Assembly: GCA_964016885.1 (NCBI GenBank)
Contig: OZ024743.1
Location: 354,144,001-354,208,000, forward strand
Reading direction: 5' to 3'
DNA length: 64,000 bases
Source of the DNA: Eledone cirrhosa
Lineage: Eukaryota
The position numbers were made by a program, and so were the translations under genes. The notes below the pieces were generated by a model, which worked only from the letters and a program-made list of their open reading frames with translations, was not told where the DNA came from and did not search any database. Of this stretch, positions 14,533 through 30,400 are shown in pieces (within the stretch, counting starts at the first letter, position 1; each line of letters starts with the position of its first letter).

Positions 14533-16028
14533 TTATATATATTTATATACTTACATATGTATATATATTTGTGTGTATATATATATATATATATATACTT
14601 ACATATGTATATATATTTGTGTGTATATATATATATATATATACTTACATATGTATATATATTTGTGTGTATATATCTATATAGATATATATGTATATTA
14701 TCGCCCACACACGCGCACGATTTTGCTCCCATAAAGTAATGTAAGATTACTGATCTCTGAATGCTGTATCATTTGGTCTCTAATATATATATTCACAGTT
14801 TGCTATGATATTTGAACACAGGCCTTTCAAATGTGCTTGTGTATGTGTGCGTGAGTATGTGTTATCCGTATTGTCTGCATGTGGATATGTCTGTTTTTGT
14901 ATGTGTGTATGTGTGTATATGTGTTTGTCTTTTTGTGCGTGTATGTTTGTCTTTTTGTGCGTGTTCATGCATGCCTGTTCACGTATGAATGAATGACTAC
15001 GTGCATCTATGTATTCGTGTTCATATATCTTTGTGATATAGCTGAAAGATCACAATTGATCATTCTGAACGTCCTCTATCATTGGAAGGCCGGAACATTC
15101 TATTTTAGTGTCATATATGATGAACACACCGGAGCTGAGCGAAGTAATGCATAATACGACGAGTGAGAAAACCGAATGTCAGTGACTTCTAACCATAGAA
15201 GCCTAACAACATTGTCAGTTATTGTAATCGCTAAAAGAGAGGTAAGAAAAGGTTATAATCATTCATAAGTGGGACATGAATACGCGTACAAGCACACACC
15301 GTCCTGAACAGATAGATACACATACATATATAGAGGTCTAATATACGTGTGTATACACAGTATCAACTAATGGTGCAGTGTTAGTTTCATTTATAATAGA
15401 AACTAGTCTGCTCAAGTCTACATAAATCTATCTATACATATACATATACGCATATATATACTTACATACACACACTCACATACATTATTATTTAGGTATA
15501 ATAATATGTATATAAGTATATGTATATATACATATATAATATATATATGTTCATGCACATAAGTACATATATGTATATATCACATAGGTTTGTCTATATC
15601 TCAGAAAGACACAACAGACTTAGGAAGATATATTACGATTAACGATAGCTTTCTCACTCGACCTCCTTCCGCCATTTTCTTCTTACCTTTCTTGTGTGCT
15701 ATTATTTTCTCTTTCTTTCTTTTCTTCTTTGCTATTTTTTTATTTTTTATCTTTCATTCTTGATTGTTTTTTTTCCTTTCTCTTCAACATCATATTTTTT
15801 CCCTTCATCTGTCTTCAGCTTTTTTTTTCCTTTCAAGTTTATCTTTTGCAATATATATACATTTTTGTTAATTCTATACTAGACATAGAGTCTTGGAGTG
15901 CAAGAAGCGCTACTAGATCAAGTGAAACAAGTGAAAAATCCAGCTGTCGTAGTATATTATTATTATTATTATTATTACTATTATTACTATTGTTAATGTT
16001 ATTATTGTCATTGTAATTGTTATTATTA

Positions 16029-16087
<59 letters not shown>

Positions 16088-16585
16088 GATACTATTGTTA
16101 TCTAAATTCATCTTTAACTTGCCGGACACACTTTTCCAGGCGTTACAATATTGCAATACCCAAATGATTATGAATTATATTTCCAAGATGATATATTACA
16201 TCATTTTCGTTAATGAATAAAACAAGAACAACTACAACAACGACAACATCAACAACTACAAATAACTCGCTCTCGATATTAAATCGACTGCAAACATGCC
16301 CCAAACTGTTAAAATATGTTAACAATTCTGTAAGTTTTCGATCTTCTGTCCTTGCATATTTTGTGGTACAGCATCTTGGTACTGTTTTCATATAAAAAAA
16401 AACTTTTTTCCTTCTTTCTTTCGTGTTTTGGTTAAAGTGAAAGCTAATAGATAAGCTTAGTGATGAAAAATGATATATAAAAGAATTGCAATATGAGAAT
16501 AGGAAAACAAATCTACATAGAATAGAATAACTACATGTAAGTATGTATGTAGGTATGTATGTAAGTATGTATTTCTGTATGTATG

Positions 16586-16619
<34 letters not shown>

Positions 16620-16700
16620 GTATATATATATATATATTATATATATGTATATATTATATATATGTATATATATATATATTATATATATGTATATATTATA

Positions 16701-16744
<44 letters not shown>

Positions 16745-16780
16745 TATATATATATATATAATATATATATATATATATAA

Positions 16781-16843
<63 letters not shown>

Positions 16844-16870
16844 ATATATATATATATATATAATATATAT

Positions 16871-16937
<67 letters not shown>

Positions 16938-16939
16938 AT

Positions 16940-17043
<104 letters not shown>

Positions 17044-17593
17044 GTTTGTGTATGTATGTATAAGTAATAAGTTATTTAGAAATAACACCGACAAAGTTCA
17101 TTGGAGCATCTAAGTCAAGTCAGCAATTGAAATGACTTGATATTGATAGATAGGACACTTTTGTATGATAGCTGACAAAAATAAAATAGTAATAAGATAA
17201 AATAAACTAATAATAAACGTGCAATACTCTTAACAAAAGGATATCTCACTGACGGAAAACGACACGTTTTTTTTTTTTTAATTGGTTTGGTCTGGAGGAT
17301 ACCAGTGAGATAGACGTAGTTAATCTCTTGAACTGCCAGTAGATGTTGAAGGCAAAATAAAGAAAAAATCAAGAAGGGCTTTCTCGAGTCTGACGTTCTG
17401 GGGAGGAGGTAATATGTGTAATAGTTAGTAGTTAGTATAGGGCTTTAGCACAATATGTCTGACGAGAGGAGAATCGACTGAGTCGATAGTGCAAATGTTG
17501 ATGGGCTTATATATTATATTATGATTTGGATCACACTCTATATTTTTCGTTGTTACAATTCTGACAGAAAAGGACACTTGGTTTGGTTTAGAG

Positions 17594-17887
17594 CAGATGT
17601 TTTCAAAGTGGGTGCTACCGTCTCCCGAGGGCGTTGAAAAGGTCCAAAGGAGCACTGAGGCCTACGGGGGCGGTGGGGAGATGATAAAGATGATACAATA
17701 GTATATTAAATATCAAATGATACATATAAATATAGTAAAATAAAAAAAATATATAATATTTATTTATACAGAGTACATATTATATCATTTATTATATATG
17801 AATTAACGATTTTATTTATTATATATTATTTACATTGAATACGTGGCCAAGAGGAGGGCGGTGGCCCCACAGGTTTGAGAACCTCTG
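17594..17887. mobile_element. hAT-like MITE
   Basis: Termini CAGATGTTTTCAAA...TTTGAGAACCTCTG with a perfect 8-bp TSD GTTTAGAG (17586-17593 and 17888-17895). Confidence 0.85.
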
Positions 17888-18346
17888 GTTTAGAGCAAGG
17901 TTTTGAACGCATATCCACCGCAGACCCTCTCACTAAAACAAGTAATTAAAATCTTGAATAGCTACCACTCAAACATTACAGAACAAAAAAATTGCTCAAG
18001 AAGAGATTTCCAGGTGAGCGATGTTCTGGAATGGGAGGACCAACCATAGTATTTAGTGAAGAGTCTTAACAATGTGTGATGAGAGAAGAAGAGAATAGTG
18101 AGCTGGCAGTGCATAGGTTGTTATGACATGAAAGTAGCCAGTTCTGAAGGGCAGTAACCACTGTAGTAGAGGGAGGAAAAGTAAAGAAAAAGGAGGCTAC
18201 ATATCCTTGAAATAACTTGAGTACAGCAGAAACCTTAGAAATAACTGTCGAATTATTTAATAAATTACGCAGTTATTGTAGTAGTTGTTGTGTAGCCCTA
18301 GGTTAGACCTCTCCTAGTACACTTACGATTATTAATATGCAATGGT

Positions 18347-18566
18347 GGGCGGTGGATTGGCAGTATCGGTAGAAAGCCGGACGCCATGCTTTTCAGCATA
18401 GAGTTACGGTCTTTTATGATCTGAGTTCAAATCCCGCCGAGGTTAACTTTGCCTTTCATCCTTACGGGTTCGATAAAATAAAGTACCAGACACGCACTGG
18501 AGACGATTTAATCGACTTTCCACTCCCCCAAAATTGCTGGCCTTGTGCCTATATGAGAAACAATTA
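18347..18566 (+). mobile_element. Nin-domain SINE, full length
   Basis: gggcggtggattggcagtatcggtag...gagttcaaatcccgccgagg...gcctttcatccttacggg...agaaacaatta. Confidence 0.9.
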
Positions 18567-19160
18567 TCAATATGCAATGTTGGTTCAAAACATGAGTCAA
18601 CGACTATAAATGGCAAAGGCTTTTGTCGTTGATGTTCAGATTTTCGTTGAGATTAAATGTTGTTGATTAGACCCAGGTGACGAATTGACAGAATGGTTAG
18701 AATATAAGATAGAATACTCTGTGGTATTTATTCTGGCTCTTTGTACTTTGAGTTCAAATCCCGCTGAGGTCTTTAATTTTCTTCATTTCGAGGTCGATTA
18801 AAAAGTAGCTCTCCAATGCTGGGTTCAATATTTCTACGTATTTTTCATTTTTCTTCTTTTAATTTCCTTACACTGGAAGAAATTGTCCGTATTCAGATCA
18901 AGAGGAGATTGGCTCTCTCAGGATTAAACAAAATGCCGAAAAAAACGTCTGTCACTACAACGCTGCTATGGCTCTACCAGGAGTTACGGGTAGCAGAAAA
19001 AGAATTAACTCTGGTTAACCTAGATCGAGCTGATATGTGATGAAAGGCATTTATGGCAATCCAGATATTTTCCCGATCATTATGTATCCTGAACTACATT
19101 ATCCAATGGTCTTTGTCTTTTCAGATAATAGAATGTAATTCGAAGCTATTATTTTTAACA

Positions 19161-19350
19161 GGCGGTGAATTGGCAGTATCGGTAGAGGGTTGGACGCCAT
19201 GCTTTCTAGCATAGTTACGTCCCTTTACGGTTTGAGTTCAAATCCCGCTGAGGTTAACTTTGCCTTTCATCCTTACGGGGTCTATAAAATAAAGTACCAG
19301 TAATGTACTGGGTTATTTGCTGGCCTTGTGCCTAAAGTAGAAACAATTAT
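19161..19350 (+). mobile_element. Nin-domain SINE
   Basis: A box, B box, Nin core and tail all present. Confidence 0.9.
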
Positions 19351-19875
19351 TTTTAACCGGCCAGCATTCACACGTAGTTGTTACTTTGATACCAATATTA
19401 GACAATAGGTAGAATTATTGTAAAAATTGAATTAATTTTGAAGTGATTAAGATGTTTAATTCTTGTCCACTTGGTTCCGGGATTGTTCCCCATCCACGGC
19501 ATTATGTACAATCTCGAATTGTCGAATGTTTTGTAAATGAAATTTGATAAATGGAAATTGTGTGTGTTTGAGAGAGAGAGAGAGAGGGAGTGAGAGAGAG
19601 AGAGAGAGAGAAAAAGGGTGGAGTGAGGGTGGGTGGATATATAGCTAACCATATTGACGTATAAACGGCCTACCCGCTTACGTAACGAAAACTTTATCTA
19701 AACACAGCCTGGAAAATCCACTATATTTTGTCCAACTAACATTTGTGTATTTGGAATACATGTGTACAGTCGAAATGAATACATGTGTACAGTCGAAAAA
19801 TGAGCAAAATTGAAAGACTTTACACTGATCTCTTCTATTAGTTGCTGAGTGCGTAGAATTCCATTCTTGTCGTTA

Positions 19876-20056
19876 TTGGCAGTATCGGTAGAGGGTCGGA
19901 CGCCATGCTTTGACGCATAGAGTTACGGCCCTTGCCATTCTGTGTTCAAATCCCGCTGAGGTTAACTTTGCCTTTCATCCTTACGGGGTCGATAAAATAA
20001 AGTACCAGTAATGCACTGGGTAATTGCTGGCCTTGTGCCAAAAGTAGAAACAATTA
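19876..20056 (+). mobile_element. Nin-domain SINE
   Basis: A box, B box, Nin core and tail all present. Confidence 0.9.
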
Positions 20057-21247
20057 TCATTAATGATTGTGGGATCCTAGAAAGGTTTCTAGATATCTGA
20101 AGAAACTTAGTCGTCTCATTCTAAATCGAAACATAAACAGTCGCTAATCACAAAATATCTATCGACTTCATTGCCATACAGTTCGAAACATCGACCTATC
20201 GTCAAAGTCAGGAAAGAATCCATTTTACTTGGAGAATCAGAAATTTTGTGGACAACAATATTTTCTAACATAGGCACGAGGCCTGCAATTTTGGGGGAGA
20301 AGTCGTGTCGACTCCAGTACTGGATCGGTACTTTTATTGACCCTGAAGTTTAAAATGCAAAGTTGACCTGATGGATTTTGAACTCAGAACATAAAGGACA
20401 GGAAGAAATATTACGTCAGAACATAAAGGACAGGAAGAAATATTACGAAGTACTTCATCAAAGGCCTTAAAACTTCTGGCACCCCAATCAGTTTAGTTCG
20501 AAGGTAAGAGACGTAAAACTCCTTGGCATTCAGAAGGAGTGCGAATGCATGTGGCTCGGAAATTCTTCTTTCCCTAATGAAAATTATATTAAGCTTCAAT
20601 GCCCTGGGTCATCCAACAGGGTACGCTGCTTCCTGATAGCACCCACTCAACGTACATACATTTACTACACCTCATTCTCAACGTATCTCTATGTGCGAAT
20701 ACTTACGAATAAGCGAAATGCGTGAATATAAAAGAAGCACAACTCATCTTACGATTCGTGTTGGGATGAATTATATGTTGTGGGTCCCATAAAGCACTTC
20801 TCCAGTATTGGGGGCGTTGAGAATTTCTCTTATTGTTCTATGAACTCCTTATATTGCCCCTTCACAGTTGTCTATGCTACTTTTCTGTTCATATATTTTA
20901 CTAAAGTTTACAACTTTATGATGTCCATCAGCTTATTGTTGTTCTTGTAAACAATAGTGAAGTCGAGCAATATTTCTTGTAGCTGTCTTTTTTTGGTCTT
21001 GTTGTTCTTGTTTTTACTGTTTTTCTAGCTGTTGCCTTGGTTGCCCTTGCTGTAGATGTCGTTTTGTTGTTACTTTTTCTGTTCTTGCTTAAGATTTTGT
21101 TGCATTTCCTGTCCTTGTTTCTGTTGTTGTTTATCCTCATAGTGTTGATTCGTCATACGCGCACACATCCATTCTTGCTATTTCGCCTGTCTAACTTCCT
21201 GCTTTGAGGGACTTTTCTAGTTGAAACCTCATCAAAGTGGAATTTTC

Positions 21248-21395
21248 GTGCATTACTGGTACTTTATTTTATCGACCCCATAGAGATGAAAGGCAAAGTT
21301 AACGTCGGCGGGATTTGAACTGAGACCGTAAAGGGTCGTAATTCTATGCTTCAAAGCATAGCGTCCGACCCTCTATCGATACTGCCAATCCACCG
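21248..21395 (-). mobile_element. Nin-domain SINE lacking its tail
   Basis: Reverse-complement head and Nin core. Confidence 0.85.
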
Positions 21396-21575
21396 GAGGT
21401 AGATAATGCTACTCCAAATGAAGCAGATTGGTTTTCTTGTCATCGTCATTACATGTTTGCCGTTAGTGTGCAAACACACCACGAAACATTACACCACATA
21501 TTCTGCAATTTTTTCATATAATAAAATAACACAGCACATACTCTTACACTTGATGGTAATAAACGTCATATACAC

Positions 21576-21779
21576 CAGACATGTCAAACTGGGTCCCCCG
21601 AGGGCCACATGAGTCACATATGTGTTGTCTGAGGGCCACACACAACAACTAATTGCGCACATTACAACTAATTTAACGAGGATGAAAAAATGCTCGCGCT
21701 GTAAAAACATTTGTGCGTGCCACTGGTGTGCTTGTAAAGGGCTGCATGCGGCATGCGCGTCGCATGTTTGACATGCCTG
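21576..21779. mobile_element. hAT (Charlie-like) MITE
   Basis: TIRs CAGACATGTCAAAC / GTTTGACATGCCTG; 8-bp TSD atatacac/ctatacac (7 of 8 match). Confidence 0.8.
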
Positions 21780-21956
21780 CTATACACAATCAAAAAGTCA
21801 CATAACTCCCCTTCTACACAAACATAGTACAACCGATAACACTCATACAATACATACTCTACGTAATCACAACCAAAAACTATAACACATAATCTAATCC
21901 CCATAGCACAAACGAAACAAACACCAACGAACAATACAACGTAAATCATATAAAAC

Positions 21957-22151
21957 CAGACCTGTCAACTCTCCCTGTCCCACGGGGAGATCTCCCACTC
22001 AATTTGGGGTGGGTGAGAGATGTCTTCTCTTGTGAAAATGGGTATAGCTTTCATTATGTAAAATCTCCCCATTTAACCTCATTTCTCCCCGTCCTGGGTC
22101 CCCTTTTTTCATGGTACACCTCACTTGGGTTTTTAGAGGTTGGCTGGTCTG
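21957..22151. mobile_element. hAT-like MITE
   Basis: TIRs CAGACCTGTCAAC / GTTGGCTGGTCTG; flanks taaaac/taaaat. Confidence 0.65.
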
Positions 22152-22594
22152 TAAAATATACGCTACAGAACTAACAGATTCAACTTTAAAGTGTACTAAC
22201 GAGCCTCTATTTTGTTGCTTGACGTACTAGAAATAGCAATCATACCTTTTTCGAACGACACCTACCGACTGGGCAATGCGATCCTAAATTCTATGCATAT
22301 AATAGACTGGACCTGCGTGAAAATAGTTGACCTTCGATTAAACGATGACGCCCACAACCTTCACATTACCAGCAACACAACAGCAACAACAACAATGACA
22401 ACAACAACAACTGCAATGACAACAGCAGCAACAAGAAGGAAATGCTAAAATGACACTAGAAGCAACAAAACATCTTCCACAAGAATGTAAAACTCATTTA
22501 GTATACAAACACCTTACCTCCAAAAGACCATGCTAGAAACACCTCAAAAACACAGGTGAACATAAAGCTCGCATATTTGAAAACAATGAAAATA

Positions 22595-22915
22595 ATAATT
22601 GTTTCTACTTTTGGAACAAGGCCAGCAATTACCCGGTGTATTACTGGTACTTTATTTTATCGACGCCGTAAGGATGAAAGGCAAAGTTAACCTCGGCGGG
22701 ATTTGACCCCAGAACGTAAAGGGCCATAACTCTATGTTGTAAAGCATGGTGTCTGATGCTCTACCGATACTGCCTATTCAAAGAAAATAATTGTTTCTTA
22801 TATAGGCACAAGGCCAGCAATTTTGGCGGGCAGGAAGGTCGATTGAATTGTCACTAGTGCGTGACTGGTACTTTATTTTATCGACCCCGTAAGGATGAAA
22901 AACAAAGTTAACCTT
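22595..22915 (-). mobile_element. Two adjacent Nin-domain SINEs
   Basis: Tail plus Nin core at 22595-22775 and at 22788-22915. Confidence 0.85.
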
Positions 22916-23347
22916 TCGGTTAATATCAATAAACATGATAAATATGATCCATAATATCATTAATAAAGTAATCATTATTTAAAAGATCATATCTGTTTTC
23001 TATAAATATATGAATTTCAAACTAAAATTAAATATTAAATTGGTGAGATTAACTCAGATCGAAATACGTATATGTAATTTTATTATATTTATTACTATAA
23101 AATAAATATAAAATAGATTAGATATAATTCTGAAATTGTCATTATTACTCCGAAATAAGCGAGTATTAAATTGAGTATACCTTCCGAAAGAAAAATGGAT
23201 GGACCAATCAGATCGAAAGTATTAAAAATAATCATTTTGTATTATGCATATGTGTACATGCGAGTGGGCGCGTATATTTCTAAGTGGGATTGCGCATATA
23301 TTTCTACGCTTGAGTGTATATAGATGTGTGTATATAGATATGTGTAT

Positions 23348-23430
<83 letters not shown>

Positions 23431-23976
23431 TGTGATGCGGAGGGTTCAATGTATGTATATTAAGTATACATACATATAAATCTCTTTATCAAACGTACAC
23501 ATAAATATTGCACCTTAGATTAACACAAGAATAGATTGAATACAACAACGTATTCTGTAACATAGAAAACTCATGTTGAATAACAAGGACATCAACCCCA
23601 CTCAGCCCAATTGTATTCCACTTATTTAAAATCATATAAGCTGGATCGTATATTTCTGGTCATATAAATCTCAACACAATCTTCATGTTGCCGTAACACG
23701 CTTCTGTATAATCTCTACTAGGATGATGAGTTACTTTTTGACATTTTTGTTGATGGACAACGCGGAAAGTTGGGTGGGGTTGTTTGTATCATAAGATAGT
23801 TTACTGCAGAATTGGTAACAGGTTCTCTTAATGCTAAACTCAGCAAAGAAATGTGTCACTATAAAATATTACAGGGATTATGGAAGTCCTAAATTACGGT
23901 AAATACACTGAAACAAAATAAATATTTCTTGTAAGAAATAGAGTTTTCTCTTTCAATGAACATATCGACATAACAG

Positions 23977-24074
<98 letters not shown>

Positions 24075-24100
24075 TTATCTATCAATATATCTATCTATCT

Positions 24101-24178
<78 letters not shown>

Positions 24179-24406
24179 AAAGGTAAATAGTAGGAAAGGA
24201 CGAGACAGAGATACAGAGAAGTACGATATAGATTACTAAATGCCAATAGCCGAAGCGGAGTGTGCTCAATGCTTGGGTTAGCAGAGTTAAATATTAGAGA
24301 AGATTTAATATTTAGTAGATTGTTCAAGCAAAGGAGGAATAAGCAAATGTATGAATGAAGGAGTTACAAGCCGTTAAAACAAGCTCTTTATATAATTCTT
24401 ACATGA

Positions 24407-24940
24407 ATTGCAGTATCGGTAGAGGGTCGGACTCCATGCTTTGCAGCAAAGAGTTACGACCCTTTATGATCTGAGTTCAAATCCCGACGAGGTTAACTTT
24501 GCCTTTCATCCTTACAGGGTCGATAAAATAAAGTACCAGTAATACACTGGGGTAATTGCTGGCCTTGTGCCAAAAGTAGAAACAATTATTACAGATATAG
24601 TTTTGCGACACGGTGTTATTCCTGTGTTCCTATTATGGCTCCCTCTACTGCTGTCGTTATCGCTGCTATGGTTTCTATCCTGGTCACTAGTTCATCTATT
24701 AATGCTGTGGTTAGTCTCTATAATGTTGATATTGTTGATGTTATTGTTATTACTATGGATTGGCATTATTGGTAGAGGGTCGGACGCCATGCTTTCCAGC
24801 ATAGTTACGTCCCTTTACGATCTGAGTTCAAATGCCGCCGAGGTTGACTTTGCCTTTCATCCTTACGGGGTCGATAAAATAAAGTACCAGTAATGCACTG
24901 GGTAATTGCTGGCCTTGTGCCTAAAGTAGAAACAATTATT
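24407..24940 (+). mobile_element. Two Nin-domain SINEs (24407-24590 and 24757-24940)
   Basis: Each has A and B boxes, Nin core and tail. Confidence 0.9.
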
Positions 24941-25039
24941 ATCCTGGTTACTATTATTGCTATTATGGCTATCGGTATTGTTATGGTTATTAAGGTTGAC
25001 AATGGTTCTAATGTTGGCATAACAAGATGGTTTGATTCT

Positions 25040-26840
25040 AGTGAGCTTCTTGTGGTTACTAAGTGCTATAAGATCGGCTAAGTTAGGTGTGGTAGAGTAA
25101 GAGATTTTGACATTATTCTTGTTGGATCTTATGGTATCTATGGTTAGGTGGAAATTATTCTCTAAGGCGTCGAAGAAGATTCTAGGTAAGTTTGAGAATA
25201 CACTCTTATAGTAGGGGGGAAGGAACCATATGACATTACGCCGGCGTTTCCGTGTTGCCGTTGGGTCGGTGTGGTCGTTTTTGCCATGGTGGATGTTTCT
25301 ACTGCGGCAGTTGAACTGCTTCCTGCTACGTACACTGTTCTTATTAGTCCTATGTGTTGACCCCCCCTCCCTAATGGGCCGACCTGAGTTACTCTATGTT
25401 TGTTGGTAAGTGTTGATAAAATGCCATCTCCATTGTTATGCCTGTATGTGGGGAATTTTTCTAGTAAGTTATGTCTAGTTACATTGTCTGAATTAGATTG
25501 GCACCGGTTCAGGGATCTACCTGGCCTATTACCATTGTTGTGATATTGCACTATACCGGTCGCAATGTTGGTTACACTCCCATATTTCTTAAGAAGTTCG
25601 CTGCCGCAGTTATTATTGGTGCGCCTCGCCATTAAACTAGTCATATGGGAGGGGGGGGGGGACCTAGTAGAACTAGTGTCCTGGATGTAGAAAATGCTAT
25701 TGTTATACTCCGATTTGGCCAGTGCTTTGTTGTAATAATCAGCAGTTTGGCCGAAGAGGTTTTCGTTGGCCGATAGTCTCGAGATTCTGTGTGAGATGCT
25801 ACTAACTATAGAGTTAAGTGTAGAGTTGGGGTGGTTAGATGATTTGTTAATGTAAGATAGGACATCGCCTGGTTTGTGGCACGGTCTGTATAGGCCAGTA
25901 TCTAACTCCAATGTTACATTTAGGAAGTTAACTATCTTATGGTTATGGTCTATTGTAACTGATAGGTTTTAAAGAATTTATGAATATGTTTATTGAGGTT
26001 TTCTATTCTACGAGGGTTGTAATTCCTTACAGTAAATAGGACGTCGTCCCTACATACACCTCCTTGTAGTGCGGAGATCTCTTCCCTGAGCTTATGCAGG
26101 AGATATATTCCAACCAGGTCGGTTACCTGTGCAGAGTCACTCGACCCCATCGTGATATCGAAACTATCATGATGGTTGGCTCGGGTTCCGTATGAGCCTT
26201 CGAAGTGTATTATGGTTCGACTAGCTGCTAGTACTATGTCCATTTCTCTTTTAGTTAAACTAGTATTACACCTAGCTAAGACGAGGTCTTTATTTAGTAG
26301 TATAGGGGAGATAGAGGCGTAGTAATTATCTATGTTGAATTGAATACATTTTAATGAATTCTTATCGTATATTTGTGAACCATTTGATGACATGGTCGGT
26401 ATTATTTCAAAGAAGAATCTTAGCCTTATTTTTTAGCACAGGTATTATTCTATCTAGGATCACTTTGCTAATTCTACCTATATCAGAAGTGGAGAGGCAT
26501 ATTAACCTAATAGAGCGGTTTTCATTAAAGTTACAATTGTGATCCTTAAGAGATAATTTCGGTGTCATAGATTTGTAAGGGTCTGTGTATTTATCAATAT
26601 TTAAGCTCGTTACAATGCTCTTACCTAATCTATTTATGTTGTTGAGTGTGCTTCTGGGTGTTTTTTTGTAATTCTTGTTTTGCTCATTTGAGATGAATTG
26701 CCTATATCTACTTATATCTAACTTATACAGGTTTTTTGGTTTGTCGGAGGCTACAAATAAGAGGAGCCCTTGTGGGCGAAACATTATGTAAGATTTATAC
26801 AAAGAACTTGTTTTAACGGCTTGTAACTCCTTCATTATTT
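25040..26840 (-). pseudogene. Frameshifted PLE (Nematis-like) reverse transcriptase plus linker
   Basis: SLKDHNCNF..IRLIC..SDIGRISK; FNIDNYYASI; FDITMGSSDSAQVTDLVGIYLL..GGVCRDD; YINKSSNHP; IWFLPPY...KISYSTTPNL. Confidence 0.9.
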
Positions 26841-26847
26841 CATTTGC

Positions 26848-26967
26848 GATCTGAGTTCAAATCCCGCCGAGGTTGACTTTGCCTTTCATCCTTACGGGGT
26901 CGATAAAATTAAGTACCAGTAATGCAATGGGTAATTGCTGGCCTTGTGCCTAAAGTAGAAATAATTA
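26848..26967 (+). mobile_element. 5'-truncated Nin-domain SINE
   Basis: B box through tail. Confidence 0.85.
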
Positions 26968-27046
26968 TTTCATTTGCTTATACACACACACACACACACA
27001 CACACATACACACACACATATATATATATATATACAGGCACACACA

Positions 27047-27919
<873 letters not shown>

Positions 27920-28075
27920 GAGATGTTACCAAAAATAAATTCTGAAGCATTAATGGTTCCTACTAATATCACTACTGCAGTTTCCTAGATAACACCAATA
28001 TCAAACATATTAACTAGTCAAGACATCTAATATCGGGAGTGCGCTAATATATTTATACATGTGTAGCTACGTACA

Positions 28076-28118
<43 letters not shown>

Positions 28119-28260
28119 TAAAATAACAGATTAAAGTTTAAGCAAAGAATCGCTGCTTTCACCCTTAACGGGATCTTCTGAAATATTTGCTCTACGGTTC
28201 TTATATATTTTCCTTATCGAGCCCTCTTTGGATTTTAGTCTTCAATTTTATTATTATTAC

Positions 28261-28304
<44 letters not shown>

Positions 28305-28307
<3 letters not shown>

Positions 28308-28909
28308 TGGCTGCCAACTCGTTTTCGAGTACGGCCACTACTTTATATCCATGTAGAAGAACCCCTACCGATGCGCTGAACGAGTGTGACTTTTTAGTCC
28401 AGCCAGCGACTTGAAAACTCTGGTACAAACACTACACTTGTGACAATTACTGACACATAGTGCTGGGCCCATGGTACCATGTGACGACAAATGCAGAGAG
28501 ATCTCCAGATATAAAGCAATGCCTGTGCCGTGAAGCTTTTATAGTGAGCAAAGGCACTGCACAAAGCCAGTCCCACTCTCTTAACCAAGATGATATTTAC
28601 CAAAAAGAAGAACAAGTCAACATCATTGGATACCATCAGGGTTGCAGGTGTTATATCAGAGTTTTCCTTCTCCTAGAATTCTGCCTTGACAAAGGCTAAG
28701 GGGTCATCTCTCCCGGTGATTTTGGATGGCCATTGACTCTTAAGAGCTCCTTTGCCCTTTGACAGGTTTTGTTTTTAGTCCTGCAGGATGTCCAAAGTCA
28801 CCCTCCTCACCAAGAAACCTTGGTGGGGTTGCCAGTTTAGTCGCCAACGACCCGACCATGGGACAGGTTGTACTGGGATACATGTTACCAGTAGCACCAA
28901 CTGGTGACT

Positions 28910-28910
<1 letters not shown>
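28305..28910 (-). mobile_element. Dispersed ~600-bp repeat, copy 2 (RTE 5'-like)
   Basis: Near-identical to 3160-3768 with the same ends; inserted in (TA)n. Confidence 0.6.
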
Positions 28911-28943
<33 letters not shown>

Positions 28944-28977
28944 AACACACACACGCACACACACACACACACACATA

Positions 28978-29061
<84 letters not shown>

Positions 29062-29619
29062 ATGTAGCGGATCTACTTCATACCTTGCAACAATGTTTCA
29101 TATCTGATTTGGTTAAACAAACCAATCGTATTAGATCGCGTATGAATACATTGTTGCCTCCTCCTTATTAAATCTTCTGGTTCACAAGAGAGATAACTCT
29201 GGATATCAAGATGATAAGACGTACTACGGAGTAGCTCCTATATATTCTTCGTATTCTCCTGTGAAGAGGAACTAAATATTTATCCACGAGACGTATTCAA
29301 CATCTCGGGACTTTTTCTATTACGCTATGTTTTCAATTTGAGATGTTCATCATTTCCTCTTCTGGTCTAGGAAGTATCTGTCTAGCTTCAACCTAATGAC
29401 CAGTAATTGCTTTCATTTCTTATATCTTTCTGTGTGTATATAAATTCGGCCTTCTAACAATAAATGTGTTTATATCGAAATGAGTGTTAAAAAGATAATT
29501 ATTTATACATGGATGTCAGAAGCCTGTCGCTGCAAGTAAAAGGTATTAATAAGCATTTGACTCTCTTTTCGTTATATATGTATGTATCTACGTACATGCA
29601 CACACATATATGTACACAT

Positions 29620-29835
29620 ATAACACCCCCTTCCAAATTGTAACTTTGCGCAGCAATACACCGGCCCCAGCGTTCCTGGAAGTCGTTTCGTTGAGGACCT
29701 TCAGTGATTTCTCTGGATTTCGGCAATGGTGTTAAAATAGAGACGTTTGAGTTGCATTTTCAGCTTGGAGAAGAGATAGAAGTCTGCCAGTGCAAAATCT
29801 GGCGAATAGAGTGGGTGCAAAATCTGGCGAATAGA
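29620..29835 (-). pseudogene. Mariner transposase C-terminal relic
   Basis: Reverse frame reads YSPDFALADFYLFSKLK (YSPDLAPxD motif) and ...QERWGRCIAAQ..LEG. Confidence 0.75.
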
Positions 29836-29929
29836 GTGCGTGCAGGAGCGAGTGAGGAGAGCTCTGGCCTTGCGCCTAAGTCAGAAACCATTATTAACTG
29901 TTCAGAAACGTCGCAAGTTACTCTCTTAC

Positions 29930-30400
29930 CAAGAGGTACGATATATTTGTTAAAATCTATTTACAATGCTATTCGTTGGAAGGATCGCCATGATGGTTAT
30001 GTCAAAGCAAACCAGAACCAGAACATACTCACACCTTTAAAAACAAGGAATATCCATGTAACACACCGAGAAATACAGCAATTAGGTGAAACAAGCTTGA
30101 TATAATTCTCTGGTACACGGAACAAATGTCATGCAATATTGTAGAGGTCAGCTGTCCAGCAGATCTGAATGTATCGTCTAAGGTTAGGAGAAAGGAAAAC
30201 ATCTATAATAAGCTATTGCAGAATTTACAGTTCATGCATCCTCATTATAGGTTCCCATTTGTATGTATTATAATAGGCGCGCTGTGCTGTGTAACGATAG
30301 ATTTGAATAAAAGCTTGATTATGTTGGGCTTTTCCAAGAAAGAACTAACCAAACAACCAGCATTCTATAAATTCAATCGATTAGCGTTACAAGGAAGAGA
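29930..30400 (+). pseudogene. Restriction-like endonuclease (RLE) non-LTR retrotransposon fragment
   Basis: IVEVSCPADLNVSSK...KENIY..L...VCIIIGAL resembles an RLE domain. Confidence 0.6.

Noticed and set aside
15199-15241. 43-nt micro-exon (ctaaccatag|...GAG|gtaag)
   Set aside because: Splice-like signals alone occur by chance, and no partner exons were identified.
17458-17490. CTGACGA as a hammerhead core
   Set aside because: No downstream GAAA or stem III in register.
18347-18440. tRNA gene
   Set aside because: The A and B boxes belong to a SINE head. There is no cloverleaf or poly-T terminator, and the Nin core follows.
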